Part shown: positions 11,192 through 24,920 of the stretch, piece by piece
Layout: every line of letters begins with the position of its first letter
Numbering within the stretch: position 1 is the first letter of the stretch
Assembly: GCA_003427395.1 (NCBI GenBank)
Contig: BFEA01000045.1
Coordinates: 1,811,522 to 1,875,521 of the forward strand
Direction of reading: 5' to 3'
Source of the DNA: Chara braunii
Taxonomy: Eukaryota > Plantae > Charophyceae
DNA length: 64,000 bases
Program-made: the position numbers and the translations under genes
The notes under the pieces: model-generated
What the model was told of the DNA's origin: nothing
The model's database searches: none
The model's input: the letters and a program-made list of their open reading frames with translations, nothing else

Positions 11192-14010
11192 TCATGAATC
11201 GTAAATAAAGCCCCCGTCTGTGTGTGTGTGGACGCTATCCTCGAACGTCGACGACCATGTGACCAACTTGCCTTTTTTAGGGTCCCCCCCGGTCCCGATG
11301 AGTCGGAGGAGTTCCCTACGGCCAGTTACATGATCCTCTATATCTACCATGTACGTATGATCGTGCAAGTGCATGCCTATCATTTCTACGTTGGCGCACC
11401 TTAGTCTCTCGAGGATTATGTTGTGGTCCATTTCCTCCATTACGGTCATCCGCTGAAACGACCAGATCGACTCCCTGATTCCTGCCTTAACCGCACATTT
11501 CGTGACATACCCAATGAACGGAATTTCCCCACCGGCTCCCTGGATGCGTCATGTTACTTCCTTATTTACCGTACAGCCCGTGATCGTTGCGAAATCGTTT
11601 TTTTATGAGAGTGATTTTTGCTCCCCCGTCTACTAATGCGTCGGTATGATGAGTCCCGATCTGGATTTTCAACTTTCCTACGGGCAGCGCATGGAAGCTA
11701 AGCTTTGTTTCGGGAGGTGCCCTCATGACCTCGCCACCTTCTCGGTCCGGCAAGCTCAGGCGGATGTTCGCAAAGGCCTTCTCGAGATCCTCCAAATCCC
11801 CGTGACTCCTTTGAAGGTTAGCAACTTCTTGCGGAGCTTCCTCCTCCCTTTCCCGTTCCGGTGATTCGAGGTTTTCGTTTATCTCTACTCGTCGCCGAGT
11901 CAACAGTTGTCTAAGCCCTTTGAGCAACCTAGGGCTGGCCTGCAGCATGGTCTGAAACGATACCGACACCATGGTTCCTAGTAATTTACTAAGGGTGTCA
12001 TCGATCGCAGGCATGGTTAAGATCGGGATTTGATACCTAAACTTCTTCTTAGCAACTGTAACCGTGTCTGTAGGCTCCTCTTTCCTAGGCTTCCCATAAA
12101 CTTTCTCGGGCTCCCCGGCCTCGGGCTCTGCCTGGGGCGCGGAGCGTCCAACAACCTCCTTCATCACGGTGTCTCGGATAATCTTTCTCCTAGTCGTCCC
12201 TAATTAAGTAGTTGCGTTCACCCTATCATGTTCGTCGCTTTCCAGAATGAAGTTGACCTGCGGTCCGCGGCCCCGGAGTTGGTCCCGGATGATATCGACC
12301 ACCGACTCAGCTTCTACTTCTGCTATTTTTAACCCATTGAGCATGATAATGGCGTGCCGCATTCCCCCTGGCGAGTTCCAATTCACCCGTTTTCCCTGTG
12401 GTTCGAATATCTCTCCTTTTAATGATCTGGTACACGATTGAGCTTTGAGCATGCGCACACAAAATATCCTACCGCGGTGCAGTACTTGCATTGCTCATTG
12501 GCGGAATCTCTCCGGCCGAATCCTCGGTTGGCTACTCCTGTCGGAACTACGACTTCTTGGGGAGGGAGGGCGGGTCGGGATACTTGCGTCTGCATAACCA
12601 TCAGCGTGTTCTCCACCCTTTGAATCTTATTGTCGACTCCATGCACACGTTCATGTAGACTCTCAATCCCCCTTTTTACCTTATCGTCTGCCGTACCGGT
12701 CAAATCTATGACCTCCTCTTCCTTAAGCAAGGCCAATGTCTCGGTCACTACCGTCTTCTTGGCCAGATCCGTTACCGTACTGAAATCAGCATCCCTTGTG
12801 TTTACGAATTTGCTCGTCTGTTGGTAAGCCGACAGAATCTTCTCCTTGTCGAACTCGGAGAACTGCCTGAGGAAGTATTTGCTCATTATCCGGTCTGTAA
12901 CCCCGGGGATTCTTAGTGCTATCAGGGTAAAATCTCGCAGGAAGTCATTATACGTTGCGAAATTATTCCTTTGAACCACTGCTAAATCGGCCTCCGTTGT
13001 CATTTTCTCCGCTGCCAGGTATTTTCTCATCATTACATCCCAGGTTTCCTTCTAGGATCGACTCGCGTCTACGATGACCATTATGTCTCGCCCCAGGCTC
13101 AATGACACATGCTGCCCCAGGTGGTCCATCTTTTCTTCTTCGATCCATTTCAACAACGCAACCAGCTTCTCATAATCTATTAGGAACTCCGTGATGTTTG
13201 CCCCATCAAATGTCAACTTTTTATTAGCGTCTACTAGGTAACTTTGGTTTTTGTTTAGTGCTCGTGCAAGGGACGACACTATCTTCCTGAGGCCGCCTTC
13301 AGAGCTACTGGCCTCGCCCGCCGTGCTGGTATCCTGTCCCTCATTGTCGGCCCTCTGTCCTTCTCTAGTCTTTGCAGTCCCCTCCGGGTCGAACCATCCC
13401 AACACCCTTTCCCTAAGGCTTCAGAGCCCTTCGCACCCTCGCATTGCTGCTGGCGTGGCCGGCAGGCGGCTAGCCCTGCTATCTATGACTGGTGGATTCG
13501 TGGCTTTCTCCGCTTCCATCCCCAGGGAGTTCTCTCTCTCCTTCCTCCTCTTGCTTGGTGTCCCTCCGCGATCACATCCTTAGCCCCTTGTCTACTCCCG
13601 TCTTGGTCGGTTTTCCGCTCATTCCGCGGTTCTTCCCGCAAGGATTCTTCCTCGTTCCCAGTCATCATTTCCTCAATCAATCTTGCCTTATACTCTGCGG
13701 TCCTCTTTTTTAATTCTGCTAGTTTGCGCCTCGCATCCGTGACTTTCACTTTCTTAGACACAACTCCGTTTGGATTCCGAGAACTTGTCTCGTCCTTATT
13801 TCTACCCCCCTTGGTCTCCTGGGTCCCTTGCTTGCTTCCTACGGCTTTCCCCGAGCTCTCTCCCGAGGAGATCTCTTTCCTGTTCCAGTTGGTACCATTC
13901 GGATTTATCGATTCTCTGTCCTTCTGACCCTCCTCGCTTTGTACGGCGCTGCCTCCTAAGCCTTGTCCTCCCTCGCTCCTACGATTATTTGTCTCATCTT
14001 CCGTTGCCAT
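11192..14010 (-). pseudogene. Gypsy gag-aspartic protease, disrupted; RT/RNase H/integrase missing before the PPT
   Basis: Capsid-like LTFDGANITEFLIDYEK, degenerate Zn knuckle CKYCTAVGYFVCAC, protease ALVDGGAKITLI; multiple stops and frameshifts. Confidence 0.85.
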
Positions 14011-14471
14011 TTTGCCTAGTTCTGCATAAACCAGAGGATTCCCCAGGACACGGGCAGCGCGAGGTATTTAGGTTCCATAGTTTCTGGTTTCTTTGGATTA
14101 GCTTGTTCCGAGAGTAGCCCCGTCTCCATTTCCGTCCTCTGATCACTTCCCTAAGAAGGAGCCACGGCGGCCCTGCTGCTCTATTGAGCCAAGGAACATG
14201 ACTTAGTCTCCCTTATGACAGACTCGTTTAGGGTGCCCAGTCTGTCGTGCCAGCACGTAGGAGTCCTGGTTGGGTTTCCCGTTAGGAAAAGTTCCCGAGC
14301 AGAATTGCCTTTTTAACTTCTAGGGTCATGACGATTATTATGAGTCTATCCTTCCCCCTTTATCTCGAAGCGAGTTTTTCATCGTCCGGCTCCGAAGGTC
14401 TTCCTTATTTCCATCCGTAAGCCCATGTAGAGGAATATACTTGATTTGCCCTATTGGCTTGCCTCCGGGTG

Positions 14472-15383
14472 CTAGTCCCGCTCTCGTTCTCGTGGCCCTT
14501 CTGGTTCGGTAGGTCCCTCGAATAATTGAGCCACCCCCGTAAGATAACTCTCTCCTATCACGATTTCCCTCTGAATTATGTGTTCATATTCCGCCCAAGC
14601 TAGTCGTGGCAACCCAAATATCAGGATATTAATAACCTCCAACAATTCATGGGTCCGGTTTCCCCAGAACGGCCCATGCTCCACAGCAACGTCATAGAAC
14701 ATCCCGATGGTTTGATGGGGGAAGTGGTCTACCCAGATTATTGTCGAGTCTGCCAGATCCTGCGCCCTTGCGAGGCTCCCGAAGATAAGGTCTATCATGA
14801 ATCGGGGGACCCGGCATCTCAGCGGGGTGGTTGGTGCCGTGGACTCCCTCCAGCCCCCCATTTCCACCTTGGTGAGTAAGCCCACGTTCCTTCTACCCCT
14901 GATTGATTGGCCTATCCGTGTCAACGTCTGAGCGGCCCTTCGAAAGACTGGTGCCAGCTCATGACCTTGTGCTATCCCTACCCCCAGCGAGTGTCAACCG
15001 ATTTCGGGTAGATACATGGCCCCAGTAACATCTAAATTGGAAAACAAATCATCCCTAGGTCCTCGGTTGAATCTCATCCCCGTCCACCGACATTCCACCA
15101 TTATGAATGCGTTGTCTCTCTCCAAAGTCACGGCCCGCCATTCCACGTCGAATCCCTGAAAGTTGGCATTTGACGGAAGGGACACTTCCCACCCTCTGCC
15201 GTCGTTTCAGGGCGGCCCGGGGTACCGAGGCTGTCGTACCGTTCAAACACGTCTCGCCGCCATTGTTGTTTTGGTGATTTCCTGCATAGGCCACACAGAG
15301 AGGATTACGACCCGTTTTTAGCAACTGTCCATCCTCCTATCGTTTCCCTTTCCGCTCATGTCCCCTTTCCTCTTTTTTGTCAT
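14472..15383 (-). pseudogene. accessory ORF upstream of gag (family shared with 28527-30311)
   Basis: One frame from ATG 15383 with internal stops, preceded by TGCAG acceptor at 15396/15395; motifs GWEVSLP, FIMVECRW, FYDVAVEHGPFWGN. Confidence 0.6.
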
Positions 15384-15660
15384 GCGTCCCACACCTGCAC
15401 CCATAATGGACGGACACCTTCCCTTGTTTCAATCTCCTCACATGCCTAGTTAAACTAATGTACAAGACCCTATCTTATGTTACTCCCTAGTTTACATGCA
15501 CCTCTCAAACCTTGATTTCCCCATGATCTCCGATTCCCTGGCCTTTTAATCGAACCACAGTACTTCAAACAATTTGAAAACATCATCTATGTAGGATGGG
15601 GCGGCCGCCTCCTCTCGGCTAGCTATAGCATCCCAGGCTGCCGCGTCTACCTCTTGGCGG

Positions 15661-16052
15661 TCATACTTTATCACCGTAGAAGGGCCCGTATTTTAACGAG
15701 GTCTTATAGAATTCCTCAGTCAGCCAGGCACATTCTATATGCGTCTCCTTCATGGAGTCGGCCACATCCAAGATATGGTCGAAACCCCCAAACCAGTCGG
15801 CCACGAACTCAGGCACCCAGGCTGTCGTCCACAGGCTGGGAGGCTTGAATTCCTTCCATCCCCCCATTACAACTCTACTACTGAGTTCGTCCCATCCTTC
15901 GTTGGCGAACCTTTCGCCCTCCCTTCGGGTTCGCTATCGGAGCTGATACCCTTACAAGGGTATCCGCTCATGTTTTCTATAGTCGACACAATGTCGGCAC
16001 CAACGGACAGGCTGAAGACGGCTAAACACGGGAAATGAGGCAAACCCCTCAA
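15661..16052 (-). pseudogene. second paralogous accessory ORF fragment
   Basis: VPEFVADWFGGFDHILDVADS..FYKTSLKYGPFYG aligns with VPRFMIDLIFGSLARAQDLADS..FYDVAVEHGPFWG of the neighbouring ORF. Confidence 0.55.
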
Positions 16053-17509
16053 CCGCTATGGCCAAGAGGGATTTGCCAGCGCAAGCACCAGAACATGGCA
16101 CACGAACTTAGGTCGATGGTTGAACTTTTTCGGGTGCTCGCCTGCCTTGTCGCGACAGACGCAGAGACGGTAAGGATTAGGGGGTTAAAGTTTGAATAAC
16201 CATGCGCGCCACTTTGACCCGCGCAAAGACTGAAAAAGGGTTAGTAAATTATAACCTCCGACCACGAAGGTCGGGAGATTAGTCTAGTAGGAAGGGTCGC
16301 ACGTATGGTGACGACGCCTTTCCCCCAAGTTTTTGACGGTTAGGAAGGTATGTTGATGACAAATGAGTCAAGTCAACAAGGGAACAAGACTACTTGCCGC
16401 GGATTGAAACAAAGGGTGAAATTACTAAAGGCCCCAGCCATGCGGCTGGGGCAACGAGTAAGATAGCCAGACTGCCGTAGTGGGCTATGGCAGTAGCGGA
16501 AGTCTGAGTCTACTCCTAGGAGAGACTGTAGGCCGTGCATCAGCCAAAAGAGACTGGGAGTTAGCCAAGTAGGTACAAGTGTGAATTGACAAGCCAGGGG
16601 TAGGTAGATTGAATTTGTCGACTTGTGGTTAGCTCCTCTTTTGGCGAAAATCGGCACTAGGGTCACCCGTAATTTTCTGTTCACCCGCCCTCAGATGAGC
16701 AAGGTTCGAACCCGCGACTTTAGAAGTAGAAGTGTACGAAGTTAGTTAATAATTTAGGCCACCGGCCGCACGCGACGGGAGCCTGACACTTGGTCTACTC
16801 GAGAGGTTAGTGGTTAGATTCTTTTTTTTTCCTTTTCTTTTCCTTTCTTTTTTTTTTACCATTATTAGTTAGATTCGTTTTGACAGTACTCCGTTGATGA
16901 TAAAGGCTCACGTGAATCTACCCTGGACGAGAGGGCAGATTCGTTAACTACCCACGAAAGTAGGACGGTGAGACCCGTAAACTGAGTGCCTCGCCGGGGT
17001 CTCGGTTCCTCGAGGATCTCGGGCGAAGGGAAGATCCCCGCGAAGTAGATGAAAGGGGCAAGTGCGCGGGGACGAATGTGCGAGCAAGAGATGCACGTGG
17101 GCGTGCGAGTGAACGAGCATGCGAGCAAACAAAACGTGCGAGCATACTAGCGTGCGGGAGTACGGACAGCGAGAGGGGAAACGACTGTGCAGTGGGAGAA
17201 GAGAACACGCGACTAGTGGAGGCAGCGATAGGAAAGGAGGACGGCAGGAAAGAGGAAGTAGCACGCGGAGGGGGAGAACGAGAATGTAAAGGGGAAGAAG
17301 AAGAAGGAGGAGAAGAAGAAGAAAAAAAGAGGAAGAAGAGGAAGAAGAGGAAAGGAAGAAGAAGAGGAGTAGAAGGGGAGGAAGGAGAAGGAGAAAGGGA
17401 GAAGGGAAGACTACGTACCTGAGCGTGCGGTCGGACGACGACCACGACGACCGACTGACAGCGACAACGATGTTGAAGACGACGACAGAAAGGGAGCGAG
17501 AGAGAGGAC

Positions 17510-18080
17510 GGGTAAGTCTCTAACCTCGGGGCGACCTCGCGCTATTTCCCTCGATAGTATGAGCAAAGTGAAATAAACAAATAAACAAATAAATAAATAA
17601 ATAAAAATCGAAAGAATCTATCCCTACAACGTGGAAATATACATTTCCACATTCGTGTGTGTGAGTGTGTGTGTGAGAAAGAGACAGAGGGGGCTAAGTC
17701 TCCAACCCACACCTCACCGCACGCTACCTGAATCGATAGAATGAGCAAATCAAAAAGTGACAGTGTATATTTCCACGTTCCAGCGGAAGATTCATTCCGC
17801 TCTTGTTGATCCTATCGATGGAATGTGTATGCGTGTGTGTGTGTGTGAGAGAGAGAGAGAGATAGACGATAAGTCTCGAATCTTGGCCAACTGCTAAGTC
17901 TCCAACACGCACCCCGCCGCGCGCTACTTGAATCGATGGAATGAGCGAGTCGAAAAGTGACAGTGTATATTTCCATGTTTCAGCTGAAAATTCATTCCGT
18001 TCTTGCTCATCCATCGATGGAGCTTGTGTGTGTGTGTGTGTGTGTGTATGTGTGTGTGTAAGTGTGTGTATGTGTGTGTA

Positions 18081-18117
<37 letters not shown>

Positions 18118-18254
18118 CAGATAAGTATCTCACCCGCTGCTCGACGTGCGCTACTTGGATTGATAGGACGAAAATATCGAAAAGTGACCGTGTATATTTC
18201 CATGTTTCAGCTGAAAATTCATTCCGTTCTTGCTCATCCATCGATGGAGCTCGT

Positions 18255-18293
<39 letters not shown>

Positions 18294-18325
18294 TGTGTGT
18301 GTGTGCGTGTGAGAGAGAGAGAGAG
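17510..18325. repeat. tandem repeat of a ~180-230-bp unit containing (TG)n(AG)n, 4 copies
   Basis: taagtctc..cgcta..cgatag..aaaagtgacagtgtatatttcca core at ~17513, 17695, 17895, 18122. Confidence 0.85.
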
Positions 18326-18520
18326 AAGGGGAGTATAAGACGTGATTGTTGATGGACGATCCGATGTGAATAAATCTGGCCGTCAACGTAGGTAGGATAT
18401 TTTATTATGACTTATTATTGCCAGTATTACTACTATTATTATTTATTATTTATTATTTATATTATTTATATTATTTATTGTTTATTATTACGAATTATTA
18501 ACTATTGTTTAATTATTACC

Positions 18521-18750
18521 GGGGGTAGATTGGTAAAATTATCGAACTTGCACGAGGAATGCCTAGTAAGCNCGAGTCATCAGCTCGCGCTGATTACGTC
18601 CCCGCCCTTTGTATTCACCGTCGTTGCTCCTACCGATTGAATGGTTCGGTGAAGTGCCTGGATTGCGGAGATCGCGGCGGTTTGCCTCTGGGGATGCTGT
18701 GAGAAGTTCTTTTAAAAGCTTACCATTTCGAGGGAAGGAGGAAACGAGTA
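18521..18750 (+). pseudogene. decayed fragment of the 3' end of eukaryotic 18S rRNA
   Basis: acgaggaatgcctagtaagc.cgagtcatcagctcgcg.tgattacgtccc.gccctttgta..caccg..gctcctaccgattgaatggt.cggtgaag matches universal 18S 3' motifs; invariant positions are mutated and no flanking rDNA is present. Confidence 0.9.
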
Positions 18751-18859
18751 ATGAAGAGGAGGAAGGGCTAGAATACGAGAAAGAAAGGAGGATGAAGTCG
18801 GCGGTGAGAAATGAGGGAGAGAAGGAGAAGCGTAACCACTAGCAAGGATCGCGCGTATG

Positions 18860-19202
18860 CTTACGCTATCGAGCAGCCCAGACACGCACCGCACAGACCC
18901 TGACTATTTCCATCTTTGCTTGATGACTTGGTCCTCGTCTATCTGATAGATTCGACTGATAAGAGGGTTGTAGGTAGAAGAACAGAGACCTGGAGGGAAA
19001 GGAGGTGGACGGAGGGAAGAAAGGGAGAGGAAGTGTGAAGGTGAGAAAAAGAGAGGCTTACCGAGGTAGCTCGTTATCACCTTAGTCGGATGCCTGACCT
19101 TCACATCCCGATTGCAGCTCACCCTCCATTCAACTGTATCGGACCGGTAAGATGTCGTGTATACAGTCGTTTTTCTTTATATTATTATTATTAATATTAA
19201 TA

Positions 19203-19233
<31 letters not shown>

Positions 19234-20054
19234 TTTGGTACTAATGCGATTGGGTCTCACCTTCAACACCATCTATGCAAGATGTGGGGAATTAGTGCGA
19301 TAGGAATTCATTACACGGGCAAGTTGGAAAATGGGCTCGCACTAAAGAAGGCGGATGAGTGAATGGGAAGGAGACGAGTGTATGTGTGTGTGTGTATGAG
19401 AAGGAGTGAGAGAAAGAGCGAGAGGAAAGAGGGGGCATCGTGGTTCTTGGAAATACGAGGCATCTGTGTGTTCGGGAACGAGGTTGTGAGTGAAAGGAGA
19501 GACATACCTGGTGCAGGAAGCATGACCAGTGTATGCGACACTGGTCGCTATGTGATCGTGCTTCTGAGAGCTGTTGTCGTCGGCCTCTGCAGTGAAGTAT
19601 AGGCTAGTTAGGAACTGCCACATGTAGTCTGGGCGCCGAGCGCCGGATAGGAAATCAGCTGTGGTTCTTCGTGGACGATGATGATGGGATTATTTTCAGC
19701 ATTGTCAGTCATGAATTCTTGGTGTGTTCCTATCTGGTGAATCTCGTGATGTAGTTCTACTGACAGCTCGAGGTCAAGACTATCTGGTCTCGTATGTATG
19801 ATACTGTTTGACTATCTGGTCTCGTATGTATGATACTGTTTGATTGTTGAAGTTTGATGTTATACGTTATTATTATTATTATTATTATTATTAGAGGAGG
19901 GAGAGAGAAAGTAATCAATAGTGGAACTTGCCTGATTGGTGGAGGCAAGATCTATTTGTGCTTAAAGATTTGCTGCCATTGTCATTCGACATTGTACTAT
20001 AGGCTATCTAGGATCTGTCGTCTATGGTATGGGCGCCATGATAGGTAAGATAGC

Positions 20055-20117
<63 letters not shown>

Positions 20118-22430
20118 TGGGCGGAAACCAAGGGTACTTACCTGTAGCGTTGTTAGTCCGGCTTCGTCTTCAGGGTACCTGCAGCACAGCGCCAACAGTA
20201 CCTGGCCCGTAACAGGGAGAGGGAGTTCTTCTTCTTCCTCTGCTCTGACCACCATCTCCTTCTCCCCCCTCTCATTCTCTGACTTCACAACATCTGCGGA
20301 CTGTGAGAAAAGAGAGAAAGAGCTTGATGACATCGGATCCAGACTTGACCTTTGAACTTCAGACTTTGCAACAAGGGATTATTTGGGACTTGTGACAGAG
20401 ACTTGGCATTGATGACTTTCCCATTTCTCTCCCTCCTTTCGTCTGATTACCTCCTCTTCGTCTGTGTATACCTGGACCTGGCGCTTTCTTCCTGTGTACA
20501 GCGCCAGGCTCCTTCACAACTAGTAAAGGATACGGTGTATGTTTGGTATGCATACAAACATTGGTTGGGCTAGTCACTTGCATTCTGCTTCGCTATCTGA
20601 TACTGTGTAAACGAGGCCAGTCCTGGGCAGATCAGGCCTTGCATCTGAGTCTTCCCTGTGCTATTCGGCACCGTTTTGTGTGTATTAGAATGCACATTGC
20701 TTGTTGAGATTCTGCTTGCACAGCATTGTCCATTCTGTCATTTTTATCACATTGCGGATCCTCGGTTTCTATGTTCATCGCCCAACTGGGCAGGTAACGG
20801 ACACAAACAGGGGAACAGACGGATACAGACACTCTAACCACAAGATGCGAACAAACAGGCAAACCGACGGACACAGGCGGACGAACGAACCAACAGACAC
20901 AGACGGAGATATGCCGACGCAGACTATAAACACACACACACACACACTAACACTACAGCTATGGCGGCTATGGCCGCTGTTACCCTATCACTACGGCCAA
21001 GCTCCTCTCTCCCCCACCTCGTTTACGGGGTCACTACAGACCACTTTGCTCGGGACGCTGTGGCGACACTTTCGCATGACTCAAGGCAGGAATGAATGAA
21101 TGACAGGACACCGCCTCTCGGTCTATACTCCTGTAGCTCGCTGATCTACCCCTTTTCCATTTGCCCTGTGTACACACAGTCCCATACAGTACGTGCTGGA
21201 CTGGGCTCGGACTGACCAGGACCGGTACACACGGTCTCGTACGGTACTCGCTCGCTGGACTGAGTGAGACCGGGACTGGGTACCGCTGACTCAGCGGGGT
21301 TGGAATTACCACAACCCACTTGCCTCTAGCCTTCTATAAGCAACGGATGAGGGGCCTCTTCCGGATCTGCCGGAAGCCTGTGGAGTTGGCCCGTCGGCCC
21401 TACAGCAGCAACGTCCTTGGCCTTTCCGGAATACGGCAGATACGACCATGACTAAAATCTTATAGTCGTGACCACGACACAGACGGGCGCATACAAGTAG
21501 CGTCGGACAGATGACCAAATATACATAACAGACAGATTCAGGCAGATACACAGACAAGCAGACGGATATAGGCACATGCACAGACCAACAGACAGATACA
21601 TTGACAGATACGCTGACAGACAGATAAACGGATGAGGAGCAGACATGCAGACAGACCAAGCAGACATTCAGACCGACCAGACAGACAAGACAGGAAAGAA
21701 AGACTGGCAAGCAGATAGTCGGAACAGAGGGGTGCAAAACTGGCTTACCGACACATACGGATGTCGACAAACGAACACGCAGGTAGACGGACAAGAACAA
21801 ACAGACAAGACAGGTAGTCTGCCCAATGGATCATTTGACAGAAGAATAAGAGCTCACCGTCTGGACAATGGACGTATGCATGCGGGTGAAGCAAGAGGGT
21901 GAGATACGAGGACCTACAGATGTGGCGAACCTGTCACAAACAGATATAGACTGACAGTTGAAGGCGGGCGGCGGCGCCAGGCAGCGCCAGGCATACGAAA
22001 CCAACACAGACAGACAGACAAACAAGCCGTACACAGGGCAGACAAACAGAAACAAACATTCAAACAACTGCACAAACAACCAAGACACGAAAAAGACACA
22101 CATGAAGTACCGAGCAGATAGATGAATACAGACAAACACAAGGGTAAACATGGCACAGAAAGGAAGAGAAGAGAAAGAGAGAAGGGTGATGATGATGGAA
22201 ATGTGCGGGCACATACCTGGTATGGGCGACAACTTGCAATGGTCGGCATCTTCAAGTGTCTTGTTGACTGCCGACGTCGACTGTTGCATTGCCAATTTGT
22301 GTAGGGAATAGGTTGGGGGCCGAGTAAGAGAAGAATCTGGACACGGACGTTGGTGATGGCGAGAGCATGTTCTCATTGATACTCAACCTAAGTATTCTGG
22401 TACGGTATCAAGTGCAGTCCCATTTTCCAG
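18860..22430 (-). other. exon-like segments of an unidentified multi-exon gene or pseudogene
   Basis: Minus-strand donors GTATGT (~22216, ~19507), GTAAGT (~20141), GTAAGC (~19061) and pyrimidine-AG acceptors (~20301, ~19588, ~18956) separated by microsatellite-rich stretches; I could not build a continuous ORF. Confidence 0.3.
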
Positions 22431-23180
22431 ACTGTGTCAGACTTTCTTAATTTTAATATGGCCTGGCAGATAGAAGTATGTCATCTTACTTTCCTTGAAT
22501 CATTAAATGTTATTATTACGAGTATTATTATTATTATTATTATTATTATGATTATTATTATGATTATTATTATTATTATTGCTATTATTATTATTATTGC
22601 TATCATTAGGAAGTATTATTGGTAACCTAGTCACAGCAGCAGCTTCAGCTGTAAACGTACGAGGCGTGATTGAACAAGAGGAGGTGATTGGACGGAAGGC
22701 GGGTTGCTGCGCGCAGGGACACGCAGCGTAAGGACAATCCATTGTATAGAAGCCGCGGGCAACACGACATTGTCACCATATCTGCGCTCAAGCACGACGT
22801 GGTGTGTATGGTAGCCAGAGGACTGGGATATTAGCGGACTATGGCCATTCACGCGGAACAGTAAGCATGCACCCGCACGGCTGCAAACGTATGCACGGAA
22901 ACAGCGAGCATTGCGCCAGCATAATCTGCGGGCGGGACCACAAACACGACTACTTGATCCTAGAGAGTCGCATGCGGAACGACGTGCCTGTGATTGTACC
23001 TAAGGCTGTGTGGCAGAAGTTAATGAGAAGGAGTGAGAAGTAGGGAAAAGTTTTGGCATGAGAGATATTGATTAAAATGTTTACTTCTTCCTGATCCCTT
23101 GCTATTTACAGAATCATCTGAGAGCATTGACGAAAAGTAGTCAGAAATGATGTTATTATTTCTAATATTGTTATAATTGC

Positions 23181-23212
<32 letters not shown>

Positions 23213-23910
23213 CATTATTATTATAATTAACCATTATTATTGTTGGTTAATTTTCTTAATAATACTATTATTTGATTATTTTCAATTGACATATGACAAA
23301 ACGGCGGCCGGAGAGAGACGGAGGTTATGGGGCGACGGGAAGGAGAGAAACATGGTCACTATGTGACGGTGCCTACCCCCGTTCCATCCTCCTCCCTACT
23401 TATCATTATGTGGTCTCCTCAAGACACTTGCCTCTTCAACCATGATTGATGTATTCCCATTAAGGTGATTCTGGCTTACCGACTCTAAGGATCGGACAAG
23501 TAATAACGACGACTAGGTGTGACCGAGTAAACAGGGCGATTGCGGGAGCTTTGTTGGGGTTAAGGAGGAATTCTGGAGGCAGGGAACCATGAGGTACGCA
23601 TGACCATCCCCTTCCCATATACCCTTATAGGCTAGCCCTTCTATTGGACTGCCTGTATGATTGTATGATATACTGCTTGTACTTTTCTCAGGACTAAGAT
23701 AATCAAAAAGGGAAAATGATATATGATTGGAATAAGTATCCTGCCTGGTGAAATGGAAGAAACCTAAATTAACTAAGAAGGAACCTAGAATGATTGGACG
23801 TGAAAAATGAAGTAGGGTGATGGAGGCTCATGTGTGAGCCGTCACACTACTTAAGTATGTGCAACCGTGACTAGGGTTTGACACTTAGGTACTCATGTGT
23901 GAGTTACCTT

Positions 23911-24920
23911 GCTATCTGCCAGATTGACTGTCGTCGTGAAGGGCAGATGTGTCAAACAATAACTCATGAAATTAATTAGGAACTCTCTACCGGATCGACT
24001 GTCGTCGTGACGGGAAGGGGGTTCTAACAATAACCTAGGAACTAAATTAGATGCTCTCAACCGTAACAACTGTCGTCGTGACGGAAAGAGGGTACCAACA
24101 AATACGCATGAGTTAGTCCAGGTGCTCTCTACCGGATCGACTTTCGTCGTGGATGAGGTTACAAACGGATACATGTGAATTAAACTACGTACTCTCTACC
24201 GGAACGACTGTCGTCGTGACCGAACTAGAGTATAAACAATCACTTATGAACTAATCTTAGTACTCTCTACCGGATCGACTGTCGTCGTGATGGGACGAGA
24301 GTACAAACAAACACATATAAACTAATCTAAGTGCTCTCTACCGTAACGACTGTCGTTGTGATGGGACGAGAGTACAAACAAACTCATGCGAATAATCTAA
24401 GTACTCCCTATCAGATTAAATGTCGTCATGTTGAGACGAGGGTACAAACAAATACTCATAAACTAAAGTAGGAACACTCTACCGGATCGACTGTCGTCGT
24501 GATGGGACGAGAGTACGAATAACTATTTACGAACTAATCTAAGTACTCTCTATCGGATCAAGTGTCGTCGTNNNNNNNNNNNNNNNNNNNNNNNNNNNNN
24601 NNNNNNNNNNNNNNNNNNNNNNNNNNNNNNNNNNNNNNNNNNNNNNNNNNNNNNNNNNNNNTCGGATCAAGTGTCGTCGTGACGGGCAGAGATACCTGAC
24701 AACTTATGAGCTAGATTAGGTGGGTCTCTACCGGATCGACTGTCGTCGTGATGGGAAAAGAGTGCTAACATACTTATGAGATAAATTAGATATTCTCTAC
24801 CGTAACGACTGTCGTCGTGACGAGCAGGGATATCTGACGTTGACTTGGGAACTACACTAGATATTCATGTGTGGGTTACCTTACTCCCTACCGGATCGAC
24901 TGTCGTCGTGACGAGAAGAG
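23911..24920 (+). repeat. ~70-bp tandem array of RNA-hairpin units, 14 visible copies plus gap
   Basis: Core ctctaccggatcgactgtcgtcgtga(c/t)gg enclosed by gtactctc/gagagtac stems, with AT-rich variable linkers. Confidence 0.9.

Noticed and set aside
18521-18750. Functional rRNA gene
   Set aside because: Short fragment with a mutated invariant GTACACACCGCCC motif and no operon context
23911-24920. CRISPR array
   Set aside because: Spacers are related to each other, repeats are degenerate, no cas genes are present, and the context is a eukaryotic retroelement
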